The position numbers were made by a program, and so were the translations under genes. The notes beneath the pieces were generated by a model. It saw only the letters and a program-made list of their open reading frames with translations, did not search any database and had not been told where the DNA came from. Below, in pieces: positions 30,381 through 41,934 of a stretch of DNA of 64,000 nt (position 1 is the stretch's first letter; each line of letters starts with the position of its first letter). Source of the DNA: Savitreella phatthalungensis (lineage: Eukaryota). Location of the stretch: the NCBI GenBank assembly GCA_051599415.1, contig AP039700.1:248001-312000 (forward strand), in the 5' to 3' direction.

Positions 30381-32708
30381 ATGTCAGGTGAGGACATTTC
30401 CCATTTCCACAATCGCGCAGCCGTGATCGAGGTGCAGTGAGACAGACGAGACGTTGAAGGGGTTGTGCCCGAAGCTGGACTTGGTTTCAGAGGATCTTAT
30501 TTTGAGGTGAACAAATGGGGTGGGTGAAGGTCTCGGGATGAAATTGATTCATGGAGGCACATTCTCTTTCGAGACGCGTCGTGCAGCTCCTCAAAGCGCC
30601 GGGAAAGGCAATACAGCGAGCGTGTACGCGATGAGGGGGAATCGACTTCATGCGATCTTGCGTCGCATGGCAGATCGAAACCAGCACGTGTCGTTCTCGT
30701 CGCTTCTATCAGGAGTCAGGGTGAAGGACATGCGCATGCACGCTGACGTCGGGCAATATGCTGGCAGAATCACTCTGTTACTGAATTGGATCATGCACCA
30801 AATATGCAGTCCCATGTATACGCATGTGGACAGACTCGCTCGTCTTCCATGACGAATAGACAAGTCACTTGATGAGTCTGCGAGAAACAAGACACCATCA
30901 TTTTCCCCTCCCCACTTTTGACCCTCATCTCCTCATTGCATCCTAACCTTGATTGACGACTGCGCAGTGCTCCTCAGTAGAGCGTTGGCGAAGGAACAAA
31001 AGCTGATATATTTGCAATAGCACCATTAGGACTGGCAGATCGGATAAGAGACTACTCTCCAGCACGTGACGGCAGATCGCGATATTCTGGCGGAGGAGGA
31101 GCAGCAGACGACGCACCTTACGACAGATATCAGGCCGGTTCACGAGGAAGGTCTCGTTCGCCTGGAGTCGACGCACGTCGCTACTCGTCTGGTCGGAGAG
31201 ACGACGATCGCTACTACGACGCAGGCAATTCCAGACCTAGATCCAGGTCTCCGCTTCGACGTGGCGGAGCTGGCGGTGACGTCGACATGCCAGACGGCGA
31301 TTTCCGTCGTGTCTACGTCGGTAACCTCTCCTATGACACCAAATGGACCCATCTCAAGGATCTGATGCGTGAAGGTAAGTCGCCCCTTCCATGGACCTTG
31401 ATCTCTCAGTACTGACCCGCACAGTTGGTGAGGTGCTCCACGCTGATGTCCTCACTCAGTCTACTGGTCGATCGAAAGGTTGCGGCATTGTCGAATTCGC
31501 TTCCGCAAGCGATGCGCGTAGAGCAATCCGCGAGCTGACTGAGACCACCTTCATGGGCCGCAAGATCTTCCTTCGTGAGGTACGTTGCCCGCCTGTGAGA
31601 CAAACATGATAGCAGGTTTACTGACATCTCGCAGGACCGTGAAGAAGGACGTCCACCACGCCACAACGCACCACCTCCGCGTGACGACTATGGTAGACGC
31701 GGCGACGATTACGGCCGCCGTGGCGGCGATGACTACGACCGTCGTGACCAGAGCTTCGAGGAGCGCAGACTGCCACCTGGTCGTGGCGAACTCGCTCCTG
31801 TCACTATCAACAGCCCGCAGCTCTTCGTCATGAATTTGTCTTACAGCGTCGATTGGAAGGAGCTCAAGGACTTCTTCCGATCCGCAGGCAAGATTGTCCG
31901 CGCTGACATCCAGACCGGCTCGGATGGTCGCTCGCGCGGCAACGGTATCGTCGTCTTCGAGACAGTCGGAGACGCTCAGAATGCTGTCGATCGTTTCAAT
32001 GGTTACGAATGGCACGGCCGCCGGATCGAGCTGCGTGAGGACAAGTTTGCCCGTGAGGGCGGTCGGGGTGGCAATGGCCGTGACGATCGTCGCGGTGGAG
32101 GTGATGACTATCGTGGCGATGGTGATCGTGGACGTCGGGAGCGTCGCAGGTCCGACGACTATGACGACAAGCCGTCTCGCGCACCAAGAAACGCCTCACC
32201 TCGTGCACGGAACCCATTCACCGACGACGCGCAGTCTTCAGAGACACCATCGGCTTCTATCATGGTCCGTAATCTCCCATGGGCCACCACGAACGACGAC
32301 CTGCTCGACCTCTTCACCACCACAGGCACTGTCGAGCGTGCAGAGATTGCATACGATCGTACCAATCGTCCTGCTGGCACAGCCGTCGTGCAATTCGCAT
32401 CGACTGAACATGCTCAGCAGACGATCGCCAAGCTCGATGGCTACAATTATGGTAACCGCCCGCTAATGCTGACATACGCGTCGTATGGAGACGACGTTGC
32501 GCCTGCAGCTGGATTAGCCGACGGAGAGGACAACGCCATGACCGGAGTGGATGATGGCGCAACTCCGGCCATCCCCAACGGAGCAGGTGACATCACCGCC
32601 TCGTCCATCCAGATTGCCAATGTCTCAGACGAGCCAGCCCAGCCTATCGAGCCTCCAGTGCCAGCTAGCGATGGAGACGACCTCGACGTCCCCATGCCAG
32701 CGGTCTAG
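30381..32708 (+). CDS. GBP2: SR-like mRNA-binding protein with three RRMs (Gbp2/Hrb1 family), 4 exons
   Basis: Exons 30381-30387, 31021-31374, 31425-31579 and 31635-32708. Introns are GTGAGG..TAG (633 nt), GTAAGT..ACTGAC..CAG (50 nt) and GTACGT..ACTGAC..CAG (55 nt). RS-rich N-terminus, RVYVGNLSYDTKW, GRSKGCGIVEF, LFVMNLSYSVDWKELKDFFR, GRSRGNGIVVF and VRNLPWATT. Exon 1 is less certain. Confidence 0.9.
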
Positions 32709-32805
32709 CGCTCGTTTCCGCATTGCCCTAGCGAGGTCTCTCAATTCATTTAATGCGCTTCCGTGATCTTGGTCGTTGTTTTTTCCCTGTCGTTAATGCG
32801 TCCCA

Positions 32806-33777
32806 TCAACTACCTCGACCGCCTCGTCCTCGAGATCCTCTGCCTCTGCCTCCACCACGAGACCCTCTACCTCCTCCACGGCCGCCTCTGCCCCTTCCTC
32901 CTGCTCCCGACGAGCTCCCGCCACGCGTGCCGCCTCTCCCACCAGCCGTTGCGCCATCGCCATGGAACGCTGTCGGTGGCGTATACGGTATCTCCTGAAC
33001 GCCCGCCATCGGATCTCTCTCGCTCTTTGGCAACTCCTTCCTCTTCCTCTCCAACTCGTCTCTAAGCGCCCTCAACCTGCCCACCCCTACCCTATCCCCC
33101 TGCACCGGCAACCCAAACACCCGCGCCCCACTCCCACCACCACTCCTCTCACCAGCCGGTAACGGACCATCCAAATCCACATCCCACTCCCTGCCCCCGA
33201 ACGCCTTGAACGGCCTGAGCTGGATGACTCCGTGGACGACCGGTGTGTTCTCTAGCAGGAGTTTAGCGCCTTTTGCGTCCACGACGGTGATTGCGTCACC
33301 TAGGGAAACACACTCGATCGCCGCGATCCGTGTACCTGCTGCGTCGGAGAGAATCAGCTTGAGCATGTGCTTGGGCAGTGAGTGTTGTGGGGTATCGTCC
33401 TCGTCGTCGTCGTCAGGGACATCCGCGATCACGCGCCGGTCAAGGGGCTTGTATGACTCTAGCGCACCATCCACACTATCCACCTGCCGGCCTAAACTCA
33501 CACCAATCTCCGAAGCCTCCACAACCTCGGCCCACACGGGACCCCGGACGACCCCTGCGGCGCCGTGAAGAGGTAGTGGGCTGGGGAGCGAGGTATGTGG
33601 GAGTGAGTGGGAGAGTGAGAGGGTTAGGAAGGCAGCGAAGACGAAAGCTCGGAGATCGTCAGGTGAGGGTGTTGGGTGTGGGACGGTGGAGAGGATGGTG
33701 GAGACCCAGGAGGGGGTGACGGGGATGGTGTAGGTGGTATTGAGCCAGGAGGCGATCGAGGATGCGCGTGGGTCCAT
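32806..33777 (-). CDS. RMI1: RMI1-like OB-fold protein with C-terminal RGG tail
   Basis: N-terminal helical block (VTPSWV...), EIGVS, and HMLKLILSD..G..IAAIE...GAKLLL..V.HGVIQL.P...FGG typical of the RMI1_N OB fold. Ends in about eight RG/RGG repeats. Confidence 0.75.
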   Translation of the reverse strand: MDPRASSIASWLNTTYTIPVTPSWVSTILSTVPHPTPSPDDLRAFVFAAFLTLSLSHSLPHTSLPSPLPLHGAAGVVRGPVWAEVVEASEIGVSLGRQVDSVDGALESYKPLDRRVIADVPDDDDEDDTPQHSLPKHMLKLILSDAAGTRIAAIECVSLGDAITVVDAKGAKLLLENTPVVHGVIQLRPFKAFGGREWDVDLDGPLPAGERSGGGSGARVFGLPVQGDRVGVGRLRALRDELERKRKELPKSERDPMAGVQEIPYTPPTAFHGDGATAGGRGGTRGGSSSGAGGRGRGGRGGGRGSRGGGRGRGSRGRGGRGS

Positions 33778-34417
33778 CGAAAGGGAGTAGAGAAGAGATT
33801 ATCAAGCAAGGTGACGGCGTTTGCAGAGGAGAGGCATCGTGGTAGGATGGTGGGCTAGTGATCGAGGTGCAAAGGAGATTAAGTGTAGGGAAATCACGAT
33901 CGAGCGTCATAGCTCCACAAATCACATGCACATGCATATGAACCACAAACAGGGAATTCATTTGCACCATAGAGGGGCAGGATGTGTCCATACAAATACG
34001 ATGGTGATCCACGCATTTTACAGGAAAAAGGTAGACTATCATTCAGGAAACAGGTCATGCAATAGCAGCTAAGGAAGTTCTTCGTGAGCATAAGCATGAA
34101 TGGGATGATGGTGGTGTTGGTACTTTTTGATGTGTTGATAGTAGTTGGTTGGAGGGGATTTGAGTCGATGTGATGGTTAGAAAATCCCGGAAAGAAAGCG
34201 GGCCGGGTGGACATGTATGGGGTGTGGTTTGATGAAGATGGCCGGATTGAATGGGTCGATGGTGTTGCCGAGAGGAGCCGTGGATGTGGTGTGATGTGCT
34301 GGGTTGACTGATTGGTTGAGGTATGCAGGATATGGCGCAGGGTAAAGAAAATGGAACGCTAAAGACGAGCAAGCAAAGTGGAAAGAGAAAGGTGGATCGG
34401 TCTGCTGATCGAGGCGC

Positions 34418-35908
34418 TTACTTAGCGGCACCCTGAGCACGAGCCTCAGTGGCACCCTGACGATTGCCCTTGTTCTGGCGCTGAGAAGGGATGCTGCCGG
34501 GAGTGCGTGGACCGTTGCCGTTGCCCTGCTGGCGACGCTCGACACCAGCGTTACCGCCGTTCTGCTGAGCCTGTTGCTGCTGGCGAGCCTTGGAGACGTA
34601 AGGCTTGTTCGGGTTGTCCTTGCGACGTTCCTCGACTGAGAGGAGCTCACCGTTACCAACGTCGATCTTGGACGCGCGAATGGCGGCGGAGCAGGAAGCA
34701 GCATCGAGGTAGTCGACAAAGCCGCAGTTCTTTGCACGGTTCAGCTCGACGGCCTTGAACTGGCCGAACTTGCGGAGGGCTGCACGGATGTCCTCGTCAG
34801 ACATCTTATTCGACACGTTCTTGAGGAAGGCAGACTTGGCTTGTGCATCAATTGGCGCGTTGCCTGCAGAAGACGAAGCGCTAGCGGCAGCCTGTCCGCT
34901 CGATGACGGGCCGGACTTCTCGTCGCTCGATGCTGCGGCAGCAGGGGCTGATTGTGCAGGGGTGGACGCAGGAGCAGCGACCTTCGATGGCTGGGGCACA
35001 GCAGCAGGCGAGGAAGCGGTCTGCTTTCCGGCATTGGCGGCTGCACGTGCAGCCCAGGACAGTGGTGCTGCGGGCTTGGCTGGAGCAGCAGGCTTTGCAG
35101 GAGTCTCTTGCGGAACGGCCTTCGGCAGTGACTCGACGGCCTTTGCATCGGAAACTGCAGCTGAAGCAGACGCATCAGGTGCTGGAGTCTCTGACGAGGA
35201 AGGCGTGGGGATAGATTCGGACGGCTTGGTGCGTTCGACCGAGCCATTCGTCTTGCTCTGCTGCTGCACGACTGGCTCAGCTGATGCACCGTTGGCCTCC
35301 TTGCTGGCGGCGACAGGCTCAGCCGGCTGGACTGATGCCGCAGGAGCAGCGGCGTCGTGGGAGAACAAGGTAGCGTCATTGCTGCCGCCGTTCACGCGAG
35401 CCTCGGCTGGCGCAGCTGCCTGCTCAAACTTTGCAGCGGAAGTCTGGGGAGCGGATGAGCTGTTGCTGGCCTGTTGCTGCGCGGTCGAGTCCTCCTCGTA
35501 GTCCGAGTCGACATCCTCCTTGAGGAAGCGGAATACGTCGTTGTAAACATAGAAGCCTGACTCCTGGGGAGCTAGGCAGAAGCTCTGGACGAATTTGCGT
35601 GCCTCCTGACCGTTGTTGGAGAGCTCTCCGAGGACCTGGATGAGGATGCCGCCGCCGATGGTTGATTGTGAGTCGACGTTGGAGACGAGGACCTTGCAGT
35701 CCTTGAGGTTGAGCTCGCTGATCTGTCCGTAAATCTCCTGCTGACCCTGTGCAAGCTTGACAGTTTCTCCCTCGATGCCATGAACTTTGGAAGAGAGCTT
35801 GGTGTAGAAGAGGTGTAGTTTTCCTGGTGTCTTGTTCATCATGGTGTAGTATTGCTGGACAAAGAGCCAGCCGATCTCACCGGGAGCATTGTTCTTGACG
35901 TCAGACAT
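34418..35908 (-). CDS. NTF2 + RRM protein, G3BP/Bre5/Nxt3 family
   Basis: NTF2 domain EIGWLFVQQYYT...LHLFY...ILIQVLGELSN...KFVQSF.LAPQ..GFYVYNDVFRFL, an Ala/Pro linker, and RRM AFLKNV...KNCGFVDY...VEERR. ATG 35908. Confidence 0.93.
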   Translation of the reverse strand: MSDVKNNAPGEIGWLFVQQYYTMMNKTPGKLHLFYTKLSSKVHGIEGETVKLAQGQQEIYGQISELNLKDCKVLVSNVDSQSTIGGGILIQVLGELSNNGQEARKFVQSFCLAPQESGFYVYNDVFRFLKEDVDSDYEEDSTAQQQASNSSSAPQTSAAKFEQAAAPAEARVNGGSNDATLFSHDAAAPAASVQPAEPVAASKEANGASAEPVVQQQSKTNGSVERTKPSESIPTPSSSETPAPDASASAAVSDAKAVESLPKAVPQETPAKPAAPAKPAAPLSWAARAAANAGKQTASSPAAVPQPSKVAAPASTPAQSAPAAAASSDEKSGPSSSGQAAASASSSAGNAPIDAQAKSAFLKNVSNKMSDEDIRAALRKFGQFKAVELNRAKNCGFVDYLDAASCSAAIRASKIDVGNGELLSVEERRKDNPNKPYVSKARQQQQAQQNGGNAGVERRQQGNGNGPRTPGSIPSQRQNKGNRQGATEARAQGAAK

Positions 35909-35954
35909 GGCTGTAGTAGGTTGAGAGATTGGCTGTAGTAGGTTGAGAGATTGG
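35909..35954. repeat. 22-bp tandem duplication directly upstream of the G3BP-like ATG
   Basis: ggctgtagtaggttgagagatt, two copies. Confidence 0.85.
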
Positions 35955-36367
35955 AAATGTGCAGAATGAGCCGCAAATGAGCGTGTAAGCGTGAATAGAG
36001 GGAGATGTTCCGGTGTGGATGAAGGCTCCTCCTGCACGTCACCAGGGTGTCAGAAGCAAGCGAGCGAGCTAGAAAGCTATTTGTAAAAAAAAAAAGCTCA
36101 GGGAAGAAGAAAATCTATAGAGAGCGTCGGGAAGGGTGTGCTCTTGATTAGATTTTCTGTGGGTGTAAGCGTGACTGACCGGATGAAAAGGAACTTGGCC
36201 TGTACGGTGATGTTGTCGCGCAAGAAGGGTGTTGTTGAAGTGCCTGATCTGTGTATGTAGATCTGTCAGGAGGGATGGGTGAGGATGTCAACCTGAGAGA
36301 AGAACAAGGACGAGTGATGGATGTCAGATGTTGGATGTAGGAATCTGACGGGTTGTGGATGAAGTAG

Positions 36368-36740
36368 TGATGATGATGATGATGATGATGATGTTGAGGG
36401 TGAAGAGGATGAAGGCAAGGATAGTGGTCTTGCTGGATGAGTGTGAGAGTGAGTGTAAGCGTGAATGTGTGAGAGGGAGATGTCCGTTGGTACGATTGAC
36501 ACAGTTGGAGGTTGGATAGACGTGGATAGACGTGGATAGACGTGGATGGGAGAGTGGTTGAGAGAGAAGGGATTGGAGGTGAGTGTAGGTGTGAGTGAGT
36601 GAAGGGAGTGACGGAGGACAAGGGTAACGTCGTAGGGATTGCTGAGAGTGAGAGTGAGAGTGACAGACGGAGTGTGTAAGTGAGAATGGTGTGAGTGTGT
36701 GACTGAGTGAGTGGGTGAGTGAACTCAATTTAGTGAGTGT
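36368..36740. repeat. Low-complexity leader region: (TGA)n, (GACGTGGATA)x3 and degenerate GTGA/GAGT repeats
   Basis: Directly visible. Confidence 0.8.
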
Positions 36741-38504
36741 GGATTCAACTGTGGCTAGAGATTGGAATTAGGATCCATGATGAATGCACATGCACATGCA
36801 CGGACCCCTTGAGCTTGTGAAAATGCTTCTGTTCAATTTCCGGTATGAGACTGTACTAGTTTGAGTGTATGAGTATGAGCGTGAGTGTGAGGGTGAGTGT
36901 GAGTGAATGTTGGAGATGGGTTTGATTGAGCACGAGTACTGTTGAATAGCTGCAGACCCTAGCTCTCTTCACCTACTCTCTCCAAACTGGCATTGCTCGG
37001 GCGAATAGAAAAGAGAAGCTACTCATTCAGGCTCTTGATTACACCTGAGCTAGATACAGTTTTGGAGTTTCATGAATGTTACCCTGATCAACATCTGGCG
37101 AGGGCTGTAATGAGACTCTAGCGGGAAGAAAAAATCAGTTTTTAATTTTTCTTGGGTGTTTCAGCTCCCACCATGCACAAAACCTTACCCGTCTCTCAAT
37201 TCATCACCATATGCGCCCTCCAGTTCTCATAGAAATCTTGTTGCTCAGTGTGCATGTGCTCAGTACATGTGTGAGAAAAGCGAAGACATATAAATTTTAT
37301 ATGATGAAGAAAAAAGATTGAACCTGAATGCACGCACGTACAGCAGCATCATAATATGCACGTACTGTACATCTGCACATTCGAAATCCATCATTCCGTG
37401 ACCAAGGATCGTAGATGGAAATACAGATCAGTTTTATATCCTGGCCGCTGATCTGCTGCACGGGTCACTGATCTGGGCACAGAAATAAGCTTCACTGGAT
37501 AATGTGCAGTGTCCAAGTGCAATCACAAGATGGCCATGGCACTGGTTGATCGCATGAGTATGAGAGTATTGAGTCTCTTACCTCTTTCCTCGTCTACTTC
37601 ATTCGAATTCTTCTACTCTGGTCAAAGGGTGCTTGCAGGTCGGCGAACGGTGCAGTAGATCAAGTCATCGTCGTGCATTCACTCGAGCAACTTCAGAATC
37701 GAGATTCAAACCTATGCACGAATTTACAAACGCTGGAAATACGATTGAATTATATGCACAGACTCACACTCTGTATATCCAGTCCACGAAATTAATGAAT
37801 CAATTCCTATGCAGACATCCATCATCCTTGATGGCTATAGTCAAACACGTACTCACTTGATCACTCACTCACCCACTCATTCACTCTTTCAGTCATTCAC
37901 TCATTCAGTCACTCATTCATTCACAGCAGAAGATACACATGCGTACAGATGCAACACGATTCAATCTACTAAACTCCTCTTGATTTTACTCAACCAAACT
38001 CTAAATTATACCTTTCAGTCTATAGTACACGGGAAAAGCAAATCAAAAAAGTGTCACACTCACTCTATCCCTATACAGCAGAGATCATCTACAACGCTCA
38101 TCTCATTTCCTCATCCTCTGACTCACTCGCAGCGCTCATTCGAACGTTGTCAAGAGGGACTCAGCTGCAACCCATCAACTGCCTTGAGCGATCGTCTTCC
38201 AAACGAGTCTGCTGCTGATCTTTTCCTGAGCAACTCGCATCCAACCCACCAAGTCAGACCTTCACAACTGCACACCCACATCGTCCGCAAAAGCATCATC
38301 GTAGCTCACTCATCACACTGGAGCAGACCTAACACGTGCACATCCCATCTCTCCTTCCATCTACACACTCGCGTACACATTTCACGCGCATACACACACA
38401 CACACATATACGCACGCACAAACACACATACAACCTACGCTGCATCCCAGGTCAGCCCTCCACTGCCACCTCACTCCTCCCATCCAGCTTCGATAGTGAT
38501 ACGG

Positions 38505-41500
38505 ATGGAGGACAGCCTTGAGCAGGCAGTCGAGATCGCGCTCAGACAAGACGTTACAGATCCATCGCTCAGGCAACAGGCCACAGATTTCTGTACACAG
38601 GTCAAGGACTCCCCTGACGGCTGGCAGCTATGTCTATCACTCTTTCAGCAGCAGTCCCGGCGCTCACAGAACAGTCGCTTCTTTGCCCTGCAAGTGCTAG
38701 AAGATGCCCTCAGACATCGTGCCCCACAGATCGGTGAAGCTTCGATCGACCTCATGCGGCAGGCGCTCATGCCTTGGCTCGCACAAAACCTCCTGACCGA
38801 CAATAGCAGCGCTGCCGCCGGCGTAGCCGAATATGACCCACCTTACCTGCGCAACAAGCTTGCAGAAATCATCTCACTTCTTTTCGTTCACTTGTACACT
38901 TCCACCTGGACCTCCTTCTTCCAGGATTTTTACGCTCTTATTCCCAAGAGCAGCAGAGCTGCAGACTTTTTCTTTCGTGTCTGTGTCTCAATCGAGCAGG
39001 AGATTGCAGATGTCCTCATCGTCCGTAACCAGGACGAGGCAAAGCGCGCCACACTCATTAAAGACGAGATCCGTGCGCGCGATATGGCAAAATTGCCAGA
39101 GGTCTGGTTCTCCCTGTTTGACCAGTATCGCGAGTCAGACAAAGGCATCGTAGCCATCGGACTCCGCGTCGTCGGAGCCTGGGCTTCCTGGATGGACATC
39201 AGTCTCATCGTCAACGAACCTTTCATGACCTTCCTGTTCAACCTGCTTAAGGACTCTTCGCTGAAGACGCCAGCTTGTGAGGCACTGATTGGCATCGTCT
39301 CCAAGAAAATGGCTCTTGCAGACAAGGTCCAGCTCATCTCACTCCTTAACCTGCCATCTCTCATGAGTGCTCTGGACAAGGACATCGAGGACGACCCAGA
39401 TTTTGCAGAAAACGTGGCAAAGCTGACGAACGTCCAGGTGGTAGCGCTCGCTCAGGCTTCACTCGCCGGGAATGCACAGCAAGCCATGGCCACACAAATG
39501 CTTCTGGACCTAGTTCCAAATGTCCTCCGCTTCCTGTCGAACGAGTACGACGACACCTCGGCCGCCGTCTTTCCTGCTGTCAATGATGTCATCCTTGTCG
39601 TCGGCCAACTAGTGAATGACGCAAACGCTCGTCGTTCCATGCTCTCCGAACTCCTCCAGGCGATCATTCTGAAGATGAAATACGACGAATCGAGCGATTG
39701 GGGCGACGAAGCGGACGCGGTCGAGGATGCAGAATTCAGAGAAATGCGCGCTCGTCTCCGGGTGTACCAGGACATGATCATGAATCTCGACTACGACCTC
39801 TACATGCGGGCCTGTCTCGAGCTCGTCTCGGGAACCTTTGCAGGCATGGGTAAGCACGATTGGCGTCAAATCGAGCTCGCCATGTATCAGCTATATTCCT
39901 ACGCAGAAGCCGTCAAGACACTGGCCCGCGATTCGCCAATGAAAAGTTCCGCCGTCGCAGCGCAAGACCGCATGCTCGATGATCTGTTCCGCTACGATGT
40001 CTCGCGCTTCCAGCATCCATCCGTGCAATTCCACTTCTTCGAAATCGTAAACAGGTACATCACTTACCTCGAGTCACGCCCGGATGCCATGCTCAAGACA
40101 CTAGAAGCCTTCATCGACGGCCGTGGAGCGCACCACGCACTGGCTAGCGTCCAGCATCGGTCATGGTATCTCTTCGCCCGTTTTGTAAAGTCGACTGGCA
40201 ACAAGCTGGGCAATGTGGCACATGACGTCCTCAACGCCGTTCAGGACTTGCTCGTGATCGAGCCCGCTCAGCAGGATGCTGCAGACGAAGGCAACAACAG
40301 CGACAGCGATGACTATGCACCTGCATCTGACCCATTCGAGAACAAACTCTATCTGTTTGAGGCCATGGGCACATTCCTCACGGCACCTGCTGTACCATCG
40401 CAGGAGCAGGCTGCGCTTGGCACCGCCCTTCTCGAGCCGCTCTTCAATAACATCGAACGTGCCGTCTCCCAGGGTGAAGGCAAGACGCAGGTCGAATTCC
40501 TGCAGCACAATATCTCAGCCATCGGCCGCTTCGCTCAGGGCTTCCCAGCCAACACAAGGCTAAACAGGAGTGACACCACGGCGTGGTCGCCAATCTTTGA
40601 TCGCGCAGCCAGCTATATTCTCGCCGCGTTTGACGCGCAGGTCGAGCAGTCTGCCATTCGCGACGCCGCGCGCTTCGCCTTTGCCAGACTGATCAATGTT
40701 GCGCCGGACGACAGACTGCTCCGTAGCATGCCGCGTCTGATACGTGGCATCATCGAGCACTCCGACATCAAGCAGCTCACCGAGCTCTTACCCTTCCTCG
40801 GCCAGATCATCTTCAAGCTGAAGGAATCTGTGAAGCCCGTGATTGACGAGACGCTGACGCCACTGCTCCTGCGCATCTTCGCCTTGCTGAACGCGCCCGT
40901 CAACGGCACCGACGACGTCGTACAGCTTGGAGACCTTCGTCGAGCATACCTGACCTTTGCACTCTCCCTGTACAGCAACCGGATCGACGACGTCCTCTTC
41001 TCGGAGGCCAATCGGGGTGTGTTTGAGCAATTCCTTGCGAGCGTCTGTCACTGTGCCGCTGGCAATCCGGACGACAAGCAGGATGGCACGAACGGCCCAT
41101 CTGGATCGTCCACCTCCGCTGCCGCTGCTCAAGCAGATGCGCCCACACAGCGCACCGCCTTTGCCGTCCTACGCGACGCCACAGCGACCTGGTGCTCGTG
41201 GGCGCCAGGACGCCCTCGTCGGGCAAATGCGGTCGCCCAGCCAGCACCAGGTAGCGTCTCCGCCAAAGGTGGATCTGGCAAGTCCAACAACAGCTCAAAA
41301 TCGAACGGTGTCGTTGCAACATCGAACGGTGTTCCCGCGCAGCAGACTTCCTCCGATGAGACTGCCCCGTTCAATCGCCCTCTCGATGGATTCGACGCTT
41401 ACGCCGGATCGACCATCACCCCCTTGTGCTTCGCCGTCGGCAGGTCTCTGGTGAGTGCAGGCCGATTGCGTGACGCTGGCGCTCAGGGTGTGTTGGGAGA

Positions 41501-41681
41501 AGCTGCCACGTGCCTCCGCCAGATCTGGCTCATGCGAGGTCCCCTGCCCATCACCGAAGCCCTACCACACCCACCCAACGCAGCCCAACATCTCCTCGAC
41601 GCACTCGAAAACTCAGACCTAAGGCAATTCAAACAACTCTTCAAAGAATTCCTTCAGGCAATCATCGCCGCCTGCGCATGA
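38505..41681 (+). CDS. LOS1: Exportin-T (tRNA export receptor)
   Basis: HEAT-repeat karyopherin with RFFALQVL, PPYLRNKL, IKDEIR, WASWMDISLIVN, IVSKKM, EFREMRARL, FFEIVNRY, RSWYLFARFVK and LYLFEAMG. ATG 38505. Confidence 0.92.
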   Translation: MEDSLEQAVEIALRQDVTDPSLRQQATDFCTQVKDSPDGWQLCLSLFQQQSRRSQNSRFFALQVLEDALRHRAPQIGEASIDLMRQALMPWLAQNLLTDNSSAAAGVAEYDPPYLRNKLAEIISLLFVHLYTSTWTSFFQDFYALIPKSSRAADFFFRVCVSIEQEIADVLIVRNQDEAKRATLIKDEIRARDMAKLPEVWFSLFDQYRESDKGIVAIGLRVVGAWASWMDISLIVNEPFMTFLFNLLKDSSLKTPACEALIGIVSKKMALADKVQLISLLNLPSLMSALDKDIEDDPDFAENVAKLTNVQVVALAQASLAGNAQQAMATQMLLDLVPNVLRFLSNEYDDTSAAVFPAVNDVILVVGQLVNDANARRSMLSELLQAIILKMKYDESSDWGDEADAVEDAEFREMRARLRVYQDMIMNLDYDLYMRACLELVSGTFAGMGKHDWRQIELAMYQLYSYAEAVKTLARDSPMKSSAVAAQDRMLDDLFRYDVSRFQHPSVQFHFFEIVNRYITYLESRPDAMLKTLEAFIDGRGAHHALASVQHRSWYLFARFVKSTGNKLGNVAHDVLNAVQDLLVIEPAQQDAADEGNNSDSDDYAPASDPFENKLYLFEAMGTFLTAPAVPSQEQAALGTALLEPLFNNIERAVSQGEGKTQVEFLQHNISAIGRFAQGFPANTRLNRSDTTAWSPIFDRAASYILAAFDAQVEQSAIRDAARFAFARLINVAPDDRLLRSMPRLIRGIIEHSDIKQLTELLPFLGQIIFKLKESVKPVIDETLTPLLLRIFALLNAPVNGTDDVVQLGDLRRAYLTFALSLYSNRIDDVLFSEANRGVFEQFLASVCHCAAGNPDDKQDGTNGPSGSSTSAAAAQADAPTQRTAFAVLRDATATWCSWAPGRPRRANAVAQPAPGSVSAKGGSGKSNNSSKSNGVVATSNGVPAQQTSSDETAPFNRPLDGFDAYAGSTITPLCFAVGRSLVSAGRLRDAGAQGVLGEAATCLRQIWLMRGPLPITEALPHPPNAAQHLLDALENSDLRQFKQLFKEFLQAIIAACA

Positions 41682-41934
41682 CAAAACTAATGAAAAACCC
41701 CCCTCACAACTGACTCAGCCGGGCTGGAGAAACGCTCATTCTAGCATAGCATGGACAACGACAACGTCAAAAAAGATTGATTGACATTATATCATATCAT
41801 GGCATAGCATAGCATATTCCGAAGACTCACTCACTCCTTCATTCACACTCTGTATACGACGTCGATGATTGATGGGAATGAGAATAAATGCGCGCGTTGT
41901 TATGTACTGGTACAGGAAGGTGGATGTGGGTGGT

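Noticed and set aside
37809..38504. 232-codon in-frame N-terminal extension of exportin-T in the ORF track
   Set aside because: His/Thr/Ser-rich product of CA/TCAC low-complexity leader DNA that is naturally poor in stops. Karyopherin-like sequence begins at ATG 38505.
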